From Phoronis australis (taxonomy: Eukaryota > Animalia > Phoronida), in NCBI GenBank assembly GCA_002633005.1, contig NMRA01000016.1:714443-778442 (forward strand): 64,000 nucleotides of DNA, in the 5' to 3' direction. The notes under the pieces were generated by a model. The model did no database searches and was not told the DNA's origin. It worked only from the letters and a program-made list of their open reading frames with translations. This document shows positions 1 to 12,900 of the stretch, piece by piece. Positions within the stretch are counted from its first letter, which is position 1. Each line of letters starts with the position of its first letter. The position numbers and the translations under genes are program-made.

Positions 1-126
1 CACCAAAGCTGACAATTACCTGCAACTTTTTCCATTACGCCCCACTACTACGTTCATAAATTTGTCCCACATTTAGTTCAGATCAAGCATTATACCCGAG
101 TGATATAAGTTCCAAGAAGAAGACAC

Positions 127-665
127 GGCGCCACCTAGTGACACACTAAAGGCATTCAGTGACACACCAGAGGCATTCAGTGAAACACTAGTGCCACCTA
201 GAGAGACACAACCATCACCAAGTGAAGACCAAGCACCACCTAGTGACACAATAGTGACACTCAGTGAAACACTAGTGACATCTAGAGAGACGGAACAATC
301 AAGGGATGACTATCTAGCACCACTTAGTGCCACAACAGTAGTGCTCAGTGAAACACTAGTGAAATCTAGAGAGAACGAACCATCATCAAGTGAAGAACTA
401 GCACCACCTAGTGACACAATAGTGACACTCAGTGAAACACTAGTGACATCTAGAGACAGAAGTGACACAATATTGGCATTTAAAGGAGCACTAGTACCAT
501 CTAGAGAGACACCAGCACCACGTGAATATCTAGCACCACCTAGTGACACAATAGAGGCATTTAAAGGAACACTGGTGCCATCTAAAGAGACACCAGCACC
601 ACATAAATATCTAACACCACCTAGTGGCATAATAGTGGCATTAGACGACCACTGGTGCCATCTCG
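127..665. repeat. Degenerate minisatellite, about 84-bp unit, downstream of or in the 3' UTR of the PP2A B'' gene
   Basis: GCACCACCTAGTGAC-type core recurs at about 128, 233, 317, 401, 533 and 614; the unit length is a multiple of 3, which explains the ORFs on both strands. Confidence 0.9.
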
Positions 666-789
666 ATGACCCCACTTAACGGATCTCTTGACTAGAAATC
701 CTGAGCTAGTCAGTGATGAGTGCGAGCGACGTTTGCAAAGTCCAACGAGTGCTGTGAACACATGTAATGATACTGCTGCCAGTCCAGCG

Positions 790-949
790 CTAAGTCCCAC
801 TACCGTCGTTAGCAAAATCATAGATCTCTTCCTGAACAGTTGCCATGTCTGCCTGTGCCGGTGACGCCCTCTTAGGAGGATCACTCAGTTTCAGGCTTTC
901 TAGTGCTCTCAGTTCTTCATCTTCGGGTTCAAAATCATCCTCATAAGCT
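790..949 (-). CDS. PPP2R3B: PP2A B'' terminal coding exon 13
   Basis: [25 protein letters not shown]...ANDGSGT*; TTGTAG acceptor; phase matches exon 12. Confidence 0.8.
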
Positions 950-3900
950 CTACAAAACAAATACGTTGACTTGGAAAGATGCCTTTTTGTGCTAACCATA
1001 GAGACAGTATAGACTGATGTAGTCCATGGCAGGCAATACAAGGTAATGACTTCAAAGCACAGCAGAACATTCACAGCATAGTAAGAGCACGGTGCTAAGC
1101 AAGTACATAGAATAATAATTCAAATTATTACCAGCAGAGCAAAAACAATGTATGGTGACATTACAATCTCTCTCTTTTGGCTTCGCAGTACATTACACTA
1201 TGTTTCAGATTTAACTCTTTGTCACTAAACACTATGAAATTACCATAGCTTGTCTCAGTTTCTCACAAATAAGAAAAACTGTGAGCAAGGTTTTTCAGCG
1301 ACAGAAAATGACATCAAATTCTTAAAGGAATAAATTGCTAACAAGTAAAACAAAATTATTTCTGTCATAAAAATGCAGGGCCATCACCTATGGAGTATCG
1401 AACCAAATATCAATTTCAACAACCAACTCAACTGAAGTGAAAATGAATGCTATATCTCGTTTTACTCACATACAACATCAAATCCATTGCAATATATGTC
1501 ATATGTATTCTGATCTCTGCTGGAAATACGCGTCAAAACACTATAGGTATATCTAGTGAAAAGCACAACGCTGTGCCCACCATGTAATTTTACAATAAAT
1601 TATACCTTGTCCAAAGGAAATAAATTCAGAATAACACGTCGCATTAAATGACAAAGAGAAAACAAAATCACTGGACTATAATAAATTAACATCCAGACTA
1701 CAACCCTATACCGGAATACAATGAATGAAACAACTGACTTTGCAGAGAACCTAATGCAACGACTCTCACATCAATCCAACTTCTACAACTAGACTGACAA
1801 CACTGCAGCATGGCCTTGACGTTAAGTCACTAGGTGATAACCAGAAGACTGCAGAAGAACAACCTACATTTCCCCGTTGTCGTTAGCACCCTCTTCAGCC
1901 ACTAGTATTTCGTACTCCTCCGCTGCGTACTTCTCCCAGTCAGATGGTTCAGGGCCTTCCTGCTCAAGATCCTACAGACAATAGAATTTATATTATTATC
2001 GTAACTGACCACTACTCCTTGGTAGTTACAATACAAGTCATGGTAATATCATAAGCGATCAAACCTCCTTGGTGGTAACAATGCAAATCATGAGAATGCT
2101 TAAAGAGAAAGTATCAACAAGAAAAAAGGTATTCTGAGATCGGGCCCGACACAGATTGAGTTCACTATCTCAGAAGTCACAATATATTGTTATCGCGTAT
2201 TTTAAGTGCATTCCACTGGTAAAGTCCCAGACCGTGAATTCAGCGAATGTCAGACAGACGACGGTAAGAATTGGCGATTTGTAATAAAATCATGCAACAA
2301 CAATCGCGTGCATTTTCACATTGTATAGTTCAGGCCAAAGCTAATAACTTCAAGATGTCAGTCACATCCAACAAAATCCCGAATTAATGCATTCTTGGCC
2401 GCAATAGTGATTATCTCCCTTAAATGACATCCTCAATTCAAAGTTACAGAAACATCAGTATCTAAGATGCCTAAGGATAATTCCATATCATTTGCTGGTA
2501 AGCGTCTTGCAATGATCACAAGATTGGATTTAGAGCATGAAATTCTATACAAGTTCATAAATAAGTACTTCATGAAAGGCTAGCAACATCAAAATTCAGT
2601 GTGTAGTTTAAGAGTTACATGTTTCAAAATTATCTAGCACGCCCCGACACACTGACTTAGTCAATGAGCTATTAGAAAAACACAACACAAGAACATCACT
2701 AGTTAAACTACGAACAGAATAAAAGATAAGGTGGCTATGAAATACCTGAAAAGATCTCTAAAAAAAGTGAAGGTGACAGTATTGGTTCAGTTATAACATT
2801 TAACTGAGACGGGTTTTGGTCAGGTCACAAAATCTGCTACTGCCATAACATTAAGCTTACCTTGAACAATAGCGAGTAAATTTGCTTCCTGTGTTGTGTT
2901 GAGCACATTATTTGGACAACATTAATGTTTTGAATCGTCAAAATTTAATAACACAATTGGGTTTTATTACCTTATTTTAAAGCATAACATTGTGTTAAAC
3001 CATTTCGAGAATCCTTAGTGAATTCAGGCAAGATCAAACAACCCAATGGCGTCATGTTCAATATTACAGTGAGCTCCAGACCCGTAACTTGTTCTGCGTT
3101 TACTCGGTGACGACATATGGTAGGCAGAGGATGCATCACATATCGTTTGACATGCCTACTTTTGAGTACACTTCCTCAAGAGAACAGTCGTGTACAATCA
3201 TAGACTACAGTACAAAGACATGCCGAATCCCGTATATTTTCAATGGAAAAAATCTGTGATCTTTTGCATAAGCCGTGAACTCACTATTCACTAGCGACAC
3301 CTGGCAGACATAGCACATTTTACTTCCGGCAAGTACGTCGTCTGCTAATCATGGTCGGCTGTTGTGTGGTCGGGTAGCATTGCCAAAAGTGCTAGGATAC
3401 CAATAATTCTACAATTGAACAACCTTTCAATGCCAAAAATTTTTTTTTTCATTGTACAAAACAATAAAGTAGATGTAAGAATTTCTCATCACAATACACT
3501 ACTCGGAAGCTAAATTTGCTATGTTTAGAGGGTGGTGCCTCCTCTAGGATATTTCACAAGTCAAGAACATGTCAGAGTTGCGAAGCTGCTGTCTGTAATC
3601 TATGGTAGAATGAATAGACTTACCCTGGCATTGGCAAATGGGTCTCTCTGTTCCTGGTCTAGATACTTGTCTAAGTTGAAGAACGTGTTGAAGAACACGT
3701 TGGCTTGTTTACACGCCTTCAGATCACGTAGTGTTATCTGATTCACAACACGCGGCTTGACTAGATCCAGCATCTGGGAAAACCATGCATTGAAGATGTT
3801 AGTCGAAATACCCGAGTGAACTTGATTACCAAAACAACCACAAGACGTGCTATTTCTGTACCATGGCAGCACGTGCACTTTTAGCGCACATTACAGGGTC

Positions 3901-6900
3901 AGAAATGTGAACAACAAGCCACGCATACGTATTTACACTTCTTTAATTACAGCATAAAACTCTACGTCAAAAGCAATGTTTTGCAAGTTATTAGGTAAAA
4001 GCTTAGTAAACAATGTTTTGCAGGTTATTACTAGGTAAACAGGCTTAGTCTCACAAAAATACAACCAGCCTCCGTTAAATAAGGTCTTTCTACAGACAAC
4101 TGTTCAACAAGCCTGCTTCAGACAGGTTAACAGAAGATAACCTAATCAAAACACCATGGTATGTATAACGGTAACAGCTAAAAATACACATTGCTTTACC
4201 TGACACAGGCAATCATTGAACGGGAGTGGCTCAATGCCCATGGACTCCATCTTCTCGACCATTTCTTCATAGAAGTACTCTAATTCATACATTGACAGCA
4301 CCCCATCCCCGTTGAGGTCCATACATCGGAACCAGTACTCTATACTGAAACAGTCAATAGCACCGAATTGAGACATAACTTAATCTTAATAAGAATAGCA
4401 CACGGCAAAAGAACCAGTACTCTATACTGAAGTATGCAACAGTACAGAGTTGAGCCCTATATCTCAAACAACAATAGCACACAGCAAACAAAAGAACAAC
4501 CAGAAATTTATACTGAAAGAGTAAATAGCACAGAGGTGAACCATATATCTCGAACAACAACTAAACACACAGCAAAAAAATGCAGACTGAAGCTTGCCTC
4601 TTTCTGCCATGAACATTTGTCCAAAACTGTTAAAACCAAAAGATATCAAACTGTGTGATGTTAAAGCCTACCTTGTATGGCTGTAGCTTGTTGAGTTGTT
4701 ACAAATTTGTTTTGACCCTAACTCTGAGCACACTCATTTTATAACTTAACACATTTAATGAAAGATTTGGCTTACAGACTTACATTCATCTAGCCAACAT
4801 AGACACATACCCTCAGGCAAAAATGTAACAAAATAAAACAAAATTTGATTAGTGGTTATTACAATACACTATGCAGGACAACTTTTGAGCACACCATCCC
4901 CCAGTACCTGACCGATGTCTTTTTATCTTCTTCAGACATTAAAAACCACACAAACTCCGTGTACGTCATTAGACCATCCTGTAGGTGTTTCCCTCTGTAA
5001 AACAAACAATTCAGTCTCAGGCTGCTAGGCAAAATGAACCATAAACATGCCAATGAACAAGAGAAAATCTTGGATTAACTTCTGAATCATTGCTTTGAAA
5101 ATTAAATTCCACACGTCGGCTGTAAGCAACAAGTGATTCCAGTCATGATTCGTTAGTCCCTGATGTCAACTCCAATGTTAAATAATTGACACAAGTCGAT
5201 CAAGTGAACGTTTCATACCTAGTCACAGCACCTGAGAATATCCTGTCAACCATCCGTGATGATATTGCTAAAAGAAAACAAGACCAGAGTTACAGCCAAT
5301 AAAGCATGGATATAATTGTAAATGAAACTTCAGGTTCTACAACACATTTGAGCCTGCTAAGCAGCAAGTGAATCCAAAAACTTTGTAACGATACAAGTCA
5401 ACATTTTAAAACCTTACGGCATATGTGGCTGCACAAAAATGATAGCGAAAGAGTACTTATTTCATGCTACTTCTCTTTTATGAAAAAACAAAAAAGAATA
5501 AAATATCACTTGTCTGCACATTGTGTATTGAATTAGTGAGACTGCACTATATTTATCCCTGTATGCCTATCTGCGCAGCTTTAACACCACTGTGAGCCTA
5601 GCCCAAGGACCCACCATGTTCATTGTGCTTTGAGAGGTCCTCCTTTGTAATCAACAGATCATGGTCTTTGTCCAACTCCCAAAACTTGCAGTAGATCACA
5701 TAGAAGTGTTCGTATGAGAAATAGTCAGGCACTTGATTGATGTCGTCTTCATCTTCTAGTAGTGACAATGTCTGAAGGACAGAAGGCCAGGGTTATGGGG
5801 ACAAGTTGAGCAGCGAAGGGAATACCACGACGACTAAGAAACCCGAGTTAGAGTGGCCAAACACTTTATAATCCTATGATAAAAATTCTCCAGTTTGGGA
5901 GAGTCTCTAAAATTTGGGGCGTGCAAATTAAAGTAGAAATGGGACTTTCTTCATTATATAGATTGATGTCATATGAAAACCAATCACCACAGTCTATTAA
6001 ACAATTCTTTAAAAGTTCTGTTGGTCAAAATGGCAAGTTATCACTGCTATAAGTATGATAATGCAGTCAAACTGGTTGTGAACACTACTGACTTCAAGGT
6101 CATTAATCCATCAGAAGATATAGACCTCACCTGTAGAAAATTGCTCCTCCTGAGTTCTGCTATTGTAATTCGGCCTGTCCACGACCTGTTGACGGCATAG
6201 AATATCCTACTTATCACCTACAAGCAGGCAGACAAGACACCGCGTTAAGCTGAAGTTTGCGTACACTGTGCAAAGTTATGGCAAAAAACAGCAGAGTAAT
6301 TTTAACATATCCTATTTCAACCAATCAGCAACTGCACAGTCACTTAGAAAATCTGTACAATGTGAAAATGAGAAACAGTGAGAAGCTGATTTTTGTTATG
6401 CGGGGAGCCTACAACCCAAGCAACACTATATCACAGAACACATTAAGCACTAGTCAATGATTTGCACCATGCTGTAGTTTTCATAATAAAACTGGGGTGA
6501 GTAGAAATTTGACAAAATATACGTTAACCTTTACTTCTTTTCCATTAAAACATATTTCAGTTGTGCCGAATTCTTGACAAATTCTTGACAAATGTGATTC
6601 CATGCATTTTGCTGAAATCACGACAACTTGCGTTGCAAGTCTTTTCACTGTTAAACAATCAATAGCCAAGTACAAGAAGGTCACATTAAACTCTGACTAA
6701 AGTTTGAAAAAATGATTGTTCAAATTTGGCCGGGGTCTGACAGAATTCGTCTGTCTAGTTTATTTTGGACACTATCATATTTCCCGATTTACGCTATGAA
6801 ATTTGTTCCTTAAAACAGACACTTTTTTCCCAAACCATCCCAAAAATAAGTGATTATCACGCAAACGTTACATGAAGGTGTAATGTAGTCAGAATAATAT

Positions 6901-9900
6901 AATTTTCTTCAACATGGTAAAATGATTTGCCAAAGAGGAATTTTCAAAATTTCTAATATTTATGTTCAAACGTTTAAGGCAATTTTTCAAGTGACGAAGA
7001 TGTAAATATGAACTAAAAACAGTCAACAACTTAATATATACCCTAGTTCAAAGGTGGCGCCGTGGGTTTCTGCACTACCAACGATAACTAGCCAAGTGTA
7101 AAAAATATTCAAACAAGCAACAGATTATCAAAACAACGCATCTAAGAATGTCATTATCCTTTAGCTGCCTGTACTTACAGTGTGTATATATCTAGAGTGA
7201 AACTCCGGTGCGTCTTGAAGAAATGTCAGACCCGGATGGCAGTCTACAATATCCTGAAGAGAGGACAGAATTGTCAAATATACAGGACTACAACAACGTA
7301 TGAAATTTAAGAAAACATTCAAGTGATTTTTTTCAGGGATTATCCATACTTATCCATATTCAAAAGCATAAAAAATGGACACTGGGGGAGGGCACTATTC
7401 GACGTATATTTCTATAATATTCTCGCTATCTTCTATGAAAGCACACTATGATGAGGTGTTGGCCAAAACAATATGCTTCTGAAAACACTGATCATTATGA
7501 ACTGCTGTCTGTGAGAAATATGTCTGTGGATAGAAGCCAATTAAGCTACACGAGGCAGAAGGAACACAGTTAAACCTGCATTTAATTCTATCTATCTGCA
7601 GACTTCATTAATGAAGCATTTTCATGACTTTTTACGACTGGATGAACGTAAACCTTCATTATGTAAACATCTTCATTCGAGTGACAATTACTTCCTCATG
7701 CATGTTGCAGAATCATTCAGGAAGAGAGATACTGCAGGCATAAACCAAACCCACAATGCATCACTGAGCTACACAGGGTCTTAACGGTCACTCACCTGCA
7801 TTAGCACAATGAAGTCATCAGACACAAGGTAGTTAAAGCCAGGCTTAGCCAGGAGTTTCACAAATCGAGCAGCTTCATCATGGCAGCACTGGGTAATCCT
7901 AACACAATGGAACAGAGAGGAGAATATAGATACTATTATTTATCAATAACTTGACACAAGAGGGCAATATTACAAAGTTGTCTCCCCTGTTATGTGCAAA
8001 AAACAGCATGCAGTTATCCTTCCATACCAACTGCATGATTGTACTGAGTGGAGTAATTTCGAAATATTTTCTGACAAGGAGGATAAAATACCATCTGGTG
8101 CTCGAACGAACCAAAGATGCGATTTGGCATTTTAACACGAGTTAAAACTCAAGACAAAATGCATACAACTGGAATGTAACGGTAAAATCTCACTGATTTC
8201 AGAAAAAAACAGTTACTATGATTCACCTCTCTTCACGAAGGGCTTCTAACATTGCTGTGAATGCCTGAAAGTTTCAGACTATTATCAGATGGTAACTACA
8301 GCTCAGAATTAGAAAATGGTAAAAAATTGCTTTGGTGTAAGTCATGGCTTATGAAAAAAATGAGAAAATAAAATTTTGCTTCTCTGCGATATCGTGTCTC
8401 AAATTGGTGAGATTTGTTCAGTATAATGTCATTTTGACGTTTTGGACCCAGTAAAATAAAATTAAAATGCCAAAATTAAAAAAAAAAAATGTATAACATT
8501 TCCAAATAGGCCAGATAATAGCACTTTAAATTAGTGAGAAGTTATTGGGCTAAGGACTTGGTCAATCTTAATCTTTCTAAAGACCCCGGGAGCATAAATT
8601 GATTGCAACCGGAGTCAGCGCACGCCAATTAATCCAAACACATAATTCTGCAAAAGTTACCAGTGGTTACCTGAATGGGAAAAATACCCAGCACCTGGCA
8701 ATATAACTGAATTTCTATTCCTATTTGTGGGTCCAAATCGTGTCAGAATAGTGCCAGGCAGGTCCTCACTAAACACCTGTATAATACATCAATCCCAAGC
8801 TTCTTTGTTTCCAATGTAGGGACCACCAAAAGGAACGTTTCATATATTGCATTACCCTGAGCATTCTCGACTTTCCTGCACTTGCAGAGTGAGACAAAAA
8901 TGCAACAAGACAATAACAAGGGTCAGTAATTGTGCAGTTAAAAATCAGCTCTCCGATATGGTATAAGTAAGAATTCTTAGTCTTCTTACATGCCATATGT
9001 TGGTTACATCACGTGACCTACAGTTAAGTCTGAAAAGATTTATGAGCCAGCCAAGCAGGCCTTTATCCAGGATTTCAAAAATAGGGTGTCCAAAATGGGT
9101 TCCCAATATTCCAGGGCGTCCATGATTCCAACGCATAACCCCCCACCCCCACCAATCCCCCCAAACACACAGATTTTTTTAGAAAAAAATGCATAGACCA
9201 AGGTTTTTACATCTAAGTTTACGAAACAGCTTTCTACAGTGAGCATTTTTACTAAAAAAACTATGTAGACCAAGACTTTCCAATGATATCAACCAAGTGT
9301 AAGCATAGCAACATTGTATATACTTTATATATACATTGTATAGTTCTTCTGCTTTGACAAAAGAGCCCCCACTGTGAGTCTTCATAGGCTTCCTAGTAAT
9401 CATTACAATGTGCGTGTCCAAACTTGAAAGGTTCCTATTGATAGTGAGCGTCCAAATGATACACTGGGTGTCCTTGCCAGGGCGTCCATATTAGTGCTAG
9501 GGCGTCCATTTTGGCGTACTTCCTGGGCGTCCAACGCTGCATAAAGGCCTGCCGCCAAGGCTCGCACCCAGGATTTTCTGCTAACGGTGCAGATGCTCTA
9601 TTCCACTAAGGTATCGGTCATGAAAGTGACTTAAAATTAAAGATCAAAATTTGGTCTCACGCTCCCACCTTACAATCGCTGAATAGAGGTTTGACCACGT
9701 AATAATGAGCGCACTACATTCAAGAAATAATTTACAGAAATAATCTCTGTCAGTAACTAGGGGTTGCGTGTGTATTCTCAGAGACTTTGAATTTTTGCAC
9801 GAGCGAGATTTACTGACTTAAGCCTTCAGTCACTTTTCACGAAACAGACCATTGGGCCCGGGGTCTAATCTTTGTACTTGAAATTAAACTCGTTTTTGAC

Positions 9901-12900
9901 ATTTCCATTCTTTCTACCATGAGAACTCAAGATACGCATAATTATGTACATTATTGTGTGCTCTGTTACATCGTGGTTTAGGTGGATAACCATCTACACA
10001 TAGTCAACACTTGGTGAGCCCTACGTTCAAACTACAAACTTGAGTAAAAACACGATTTTGAGCAAAACTTAAGATTTCGAGTAAAATCTCCAAATTTTGA
10101 ATTCAGACTGGAACTTTTATATCAGGGTCATCAAGTGCAAGCTAGGATGAGACAGCCATCCATTCACTAAGCTGTAATGTACTCTAGCAAAGAATAATAA
10201 CTAAATGTCTTTTTGTAATTTTTATAATTTTATATGAGAATGGAAAATGTAGAAACTAATTTTGAGTACAAAGTTTAGTTAAAACTTCATAATTATTTGA
10301 TGGTGTTTGTCAATGTTTTTGCTTCTGTTTGTCTGTTGGTAACAATACACAAAAATTTACTCATCAACTGATGCTAATGAATGACATTTTCATATGGATG
10401 ATGATAATGAGCAAAGCAACAACTGATCAGACTTTCAGGATGACTGCACATGTTGAGACTGAGCTATAGGAATTTTGAACTCGAAAAAATGAGAGTTCAA
10501 ACCATCCAACTGCATCACTCACGTTTCAAAGATAATCAATAAATTACAGTTGTTGAAGCCTTTTTGTGTTACAGTATTAGGACATTGACAGCAGTCTTAG
10601 CAGATCTTGAAGGTTTTAAGTGCTCTTAGTCTAAGCAAAACTTTCTTTCTGAACCTCAAGTCTTGTCACAATAAAGATACAAAAACATTACTCATCACGG
10701 TCTACGGAGAGTAAATAGATGTTCTATCCAAGAGCATGCTGACAATGGAACACATTAGCTGAGGAAAGAAAAATGGGCCTAGTTAGTAGGAAGTGTCTGA
10801 GAAGCAATGAGTAAATTGGCATCTGTGCACTAATCTGACTGATATTCTAAATTCATTAGGAGTTGCAAGTGAAACAGGGTACCTTCCCAAATAAATACCT
10901 GCATTCAAGTAAATCATTGTTTTCTGTATCAAACAAACACCCCCATGGTGATGGACTGCTTTCTGTTCTCTATCTAATTGGATGTCAAAAAGAGGGACCT
11001 GCATTCACTATCGCCACCTAGTGGATACTGAGTAGCCCATCATGAGTATATATCTCATGATTCTACTAAAATTTCTGTAATGGACCACACAGATGGAGAG
11101 ATCTTTACTTACTCAGACCATTTTTGTGTAAAACTCTTGAGTGTGATGTACCCAAACTTATCACCCCCGGCTGCAACAAACAGTGGATTCTTCCAGTAGA
11201 GTGGTACATTGCAAGCCTGCAAGAGAAATTAATGTGATTACCACAAGTGCCAAGTACTTCCACCTCTTGTTGCTCAGCACAGGTAGACTGTTCACATGTT
11301 GCCAATTATTGCAGTTATCTTACAGATCACACAGAGCCCTGATTCAATAAACAGATTCTGCAGTCTACAAGACCGGAGCCATTAAAGATATAACCTGTCC
11401 TTTATTTTTACCAATTTAGAGCACAAAACATTGGCCAGAAGACAACAGCAAACTGAGGAACATTTCGTAATGTAGTCAGGTACACTGAAGTGGCCATTTT
11501 GTTGATACACCACCAGAGATTGAAACACTAAACCTGAGAATTTAACATTGATCCGATAAGAATTGCAATCTGTAGCGTGCGAACAAACAAACAAACAAAC
11601 AAACAAACAAACAAACAAACAAAACATATACGACAAAGCAACATAGTTGGAGAAATTTCACTTCACCAAGCAATAAACTGAATTAAACTTGACCTCTACC
11701 CCTAGTCTGACACACAACAACACACCAGTTTCCATACCTTGCTGATGGAATCCATCTGATGTTTATAGACTCTGCCACCCTCTGAGTTCGTGAACACTTC
11801 AGTGACTCTGTTCAGCACCATCTCATTCTCCCCTGGGGCCAAGGGTCGGCCCATGGGGAAGAAAAACTGGGGAATGTTTAGGTTCACAGCAGGTTGGCCT
11901 GACCTGCTGGGTTGGTTTCTGTCTGTGTGCTGGCAGAAAAAATAAAAATGGATGACAATTAGTGTGTTACTGAAATAAAGGCTTTTTCTTCCTATCTAAA
12001 CATGGGCATCGTGAAATATAATAAAACTGGACAGGTGTAAATCTGTTTTGGCATTTAGATGAGTTGAATTTTGCATTGAGGCATGCTGATTCCAACGTTT
12101 CCTCATTTTACTGCAATGATGGGCTAACTCAAACAAGATGGTCTCGAAATACTCCTCTCCATGACGAGAGCAAGTCTCTACCATGGAAATCAGTTGCTAG
12201 ATCACATGTTACTGATACCACTGGTTCGATCTTGGAAAAGACGGTCTGACGCTGATGCAACTCAGCACCGAGAGTACAGAAATCTATCTCAGTCATAGGA
12301 TCGGATGGAAATCATTTTCTAGCATGGAATGAAAAGAGTGCTAGCAGGCTAACCGTATTGATATTTTAAGTGGTATGTGTGGAGGAATTTTTTTGTTTGC
12401 CAATCCAGATAAGGTTTCCAACGAATCTTAATTGTTGCTAATGCTTATCAAAGGATGACTGAATGTAAGAGCCCACAATAGGTGTTGCAAAATCAGTGTT
12501 CTCTCAAAAAGTAAACACAGTGTTTCACCATGTTTGATGAGTTCTGAGGCATGGTTGAAAATCATGAGCCATGGCTGAAAAGCTCAATGCCTCCCGTGGG
12601 AAGCTAGGGTGCAAGCTTGTCGCACAGATATGGGTAGATATGCATATCTATTGTTCACTTTATTTTTCTTATAATTAAGATGATGGTAAGCATTTATTGG
12701 TAACTGGCAGACGGGTGCCCAAGGTACAATATCCGTGCGACTGGTATCCAACAAAGAAGCATCAATGCAAAACAATCATGGTAGCATCCTATTGGTGATA
12801 ACCATGCGACGTGCTTATGCCAGTCGCATGGATCTCGCAAGTTAAACAATATCTTGCGAAATCCATACATCATTTGGCATGGGCATGTTTAAAGTCTCGA

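Noticed and set aside
191-679. 162-aa mucin-like ORF (and the 121-aa antisense ORF)
   Set aside because: GTG start, no splice or signal evidence, and it lies wholly in a minisatellite whose unit length is a multiple of 3; treated as a repeat
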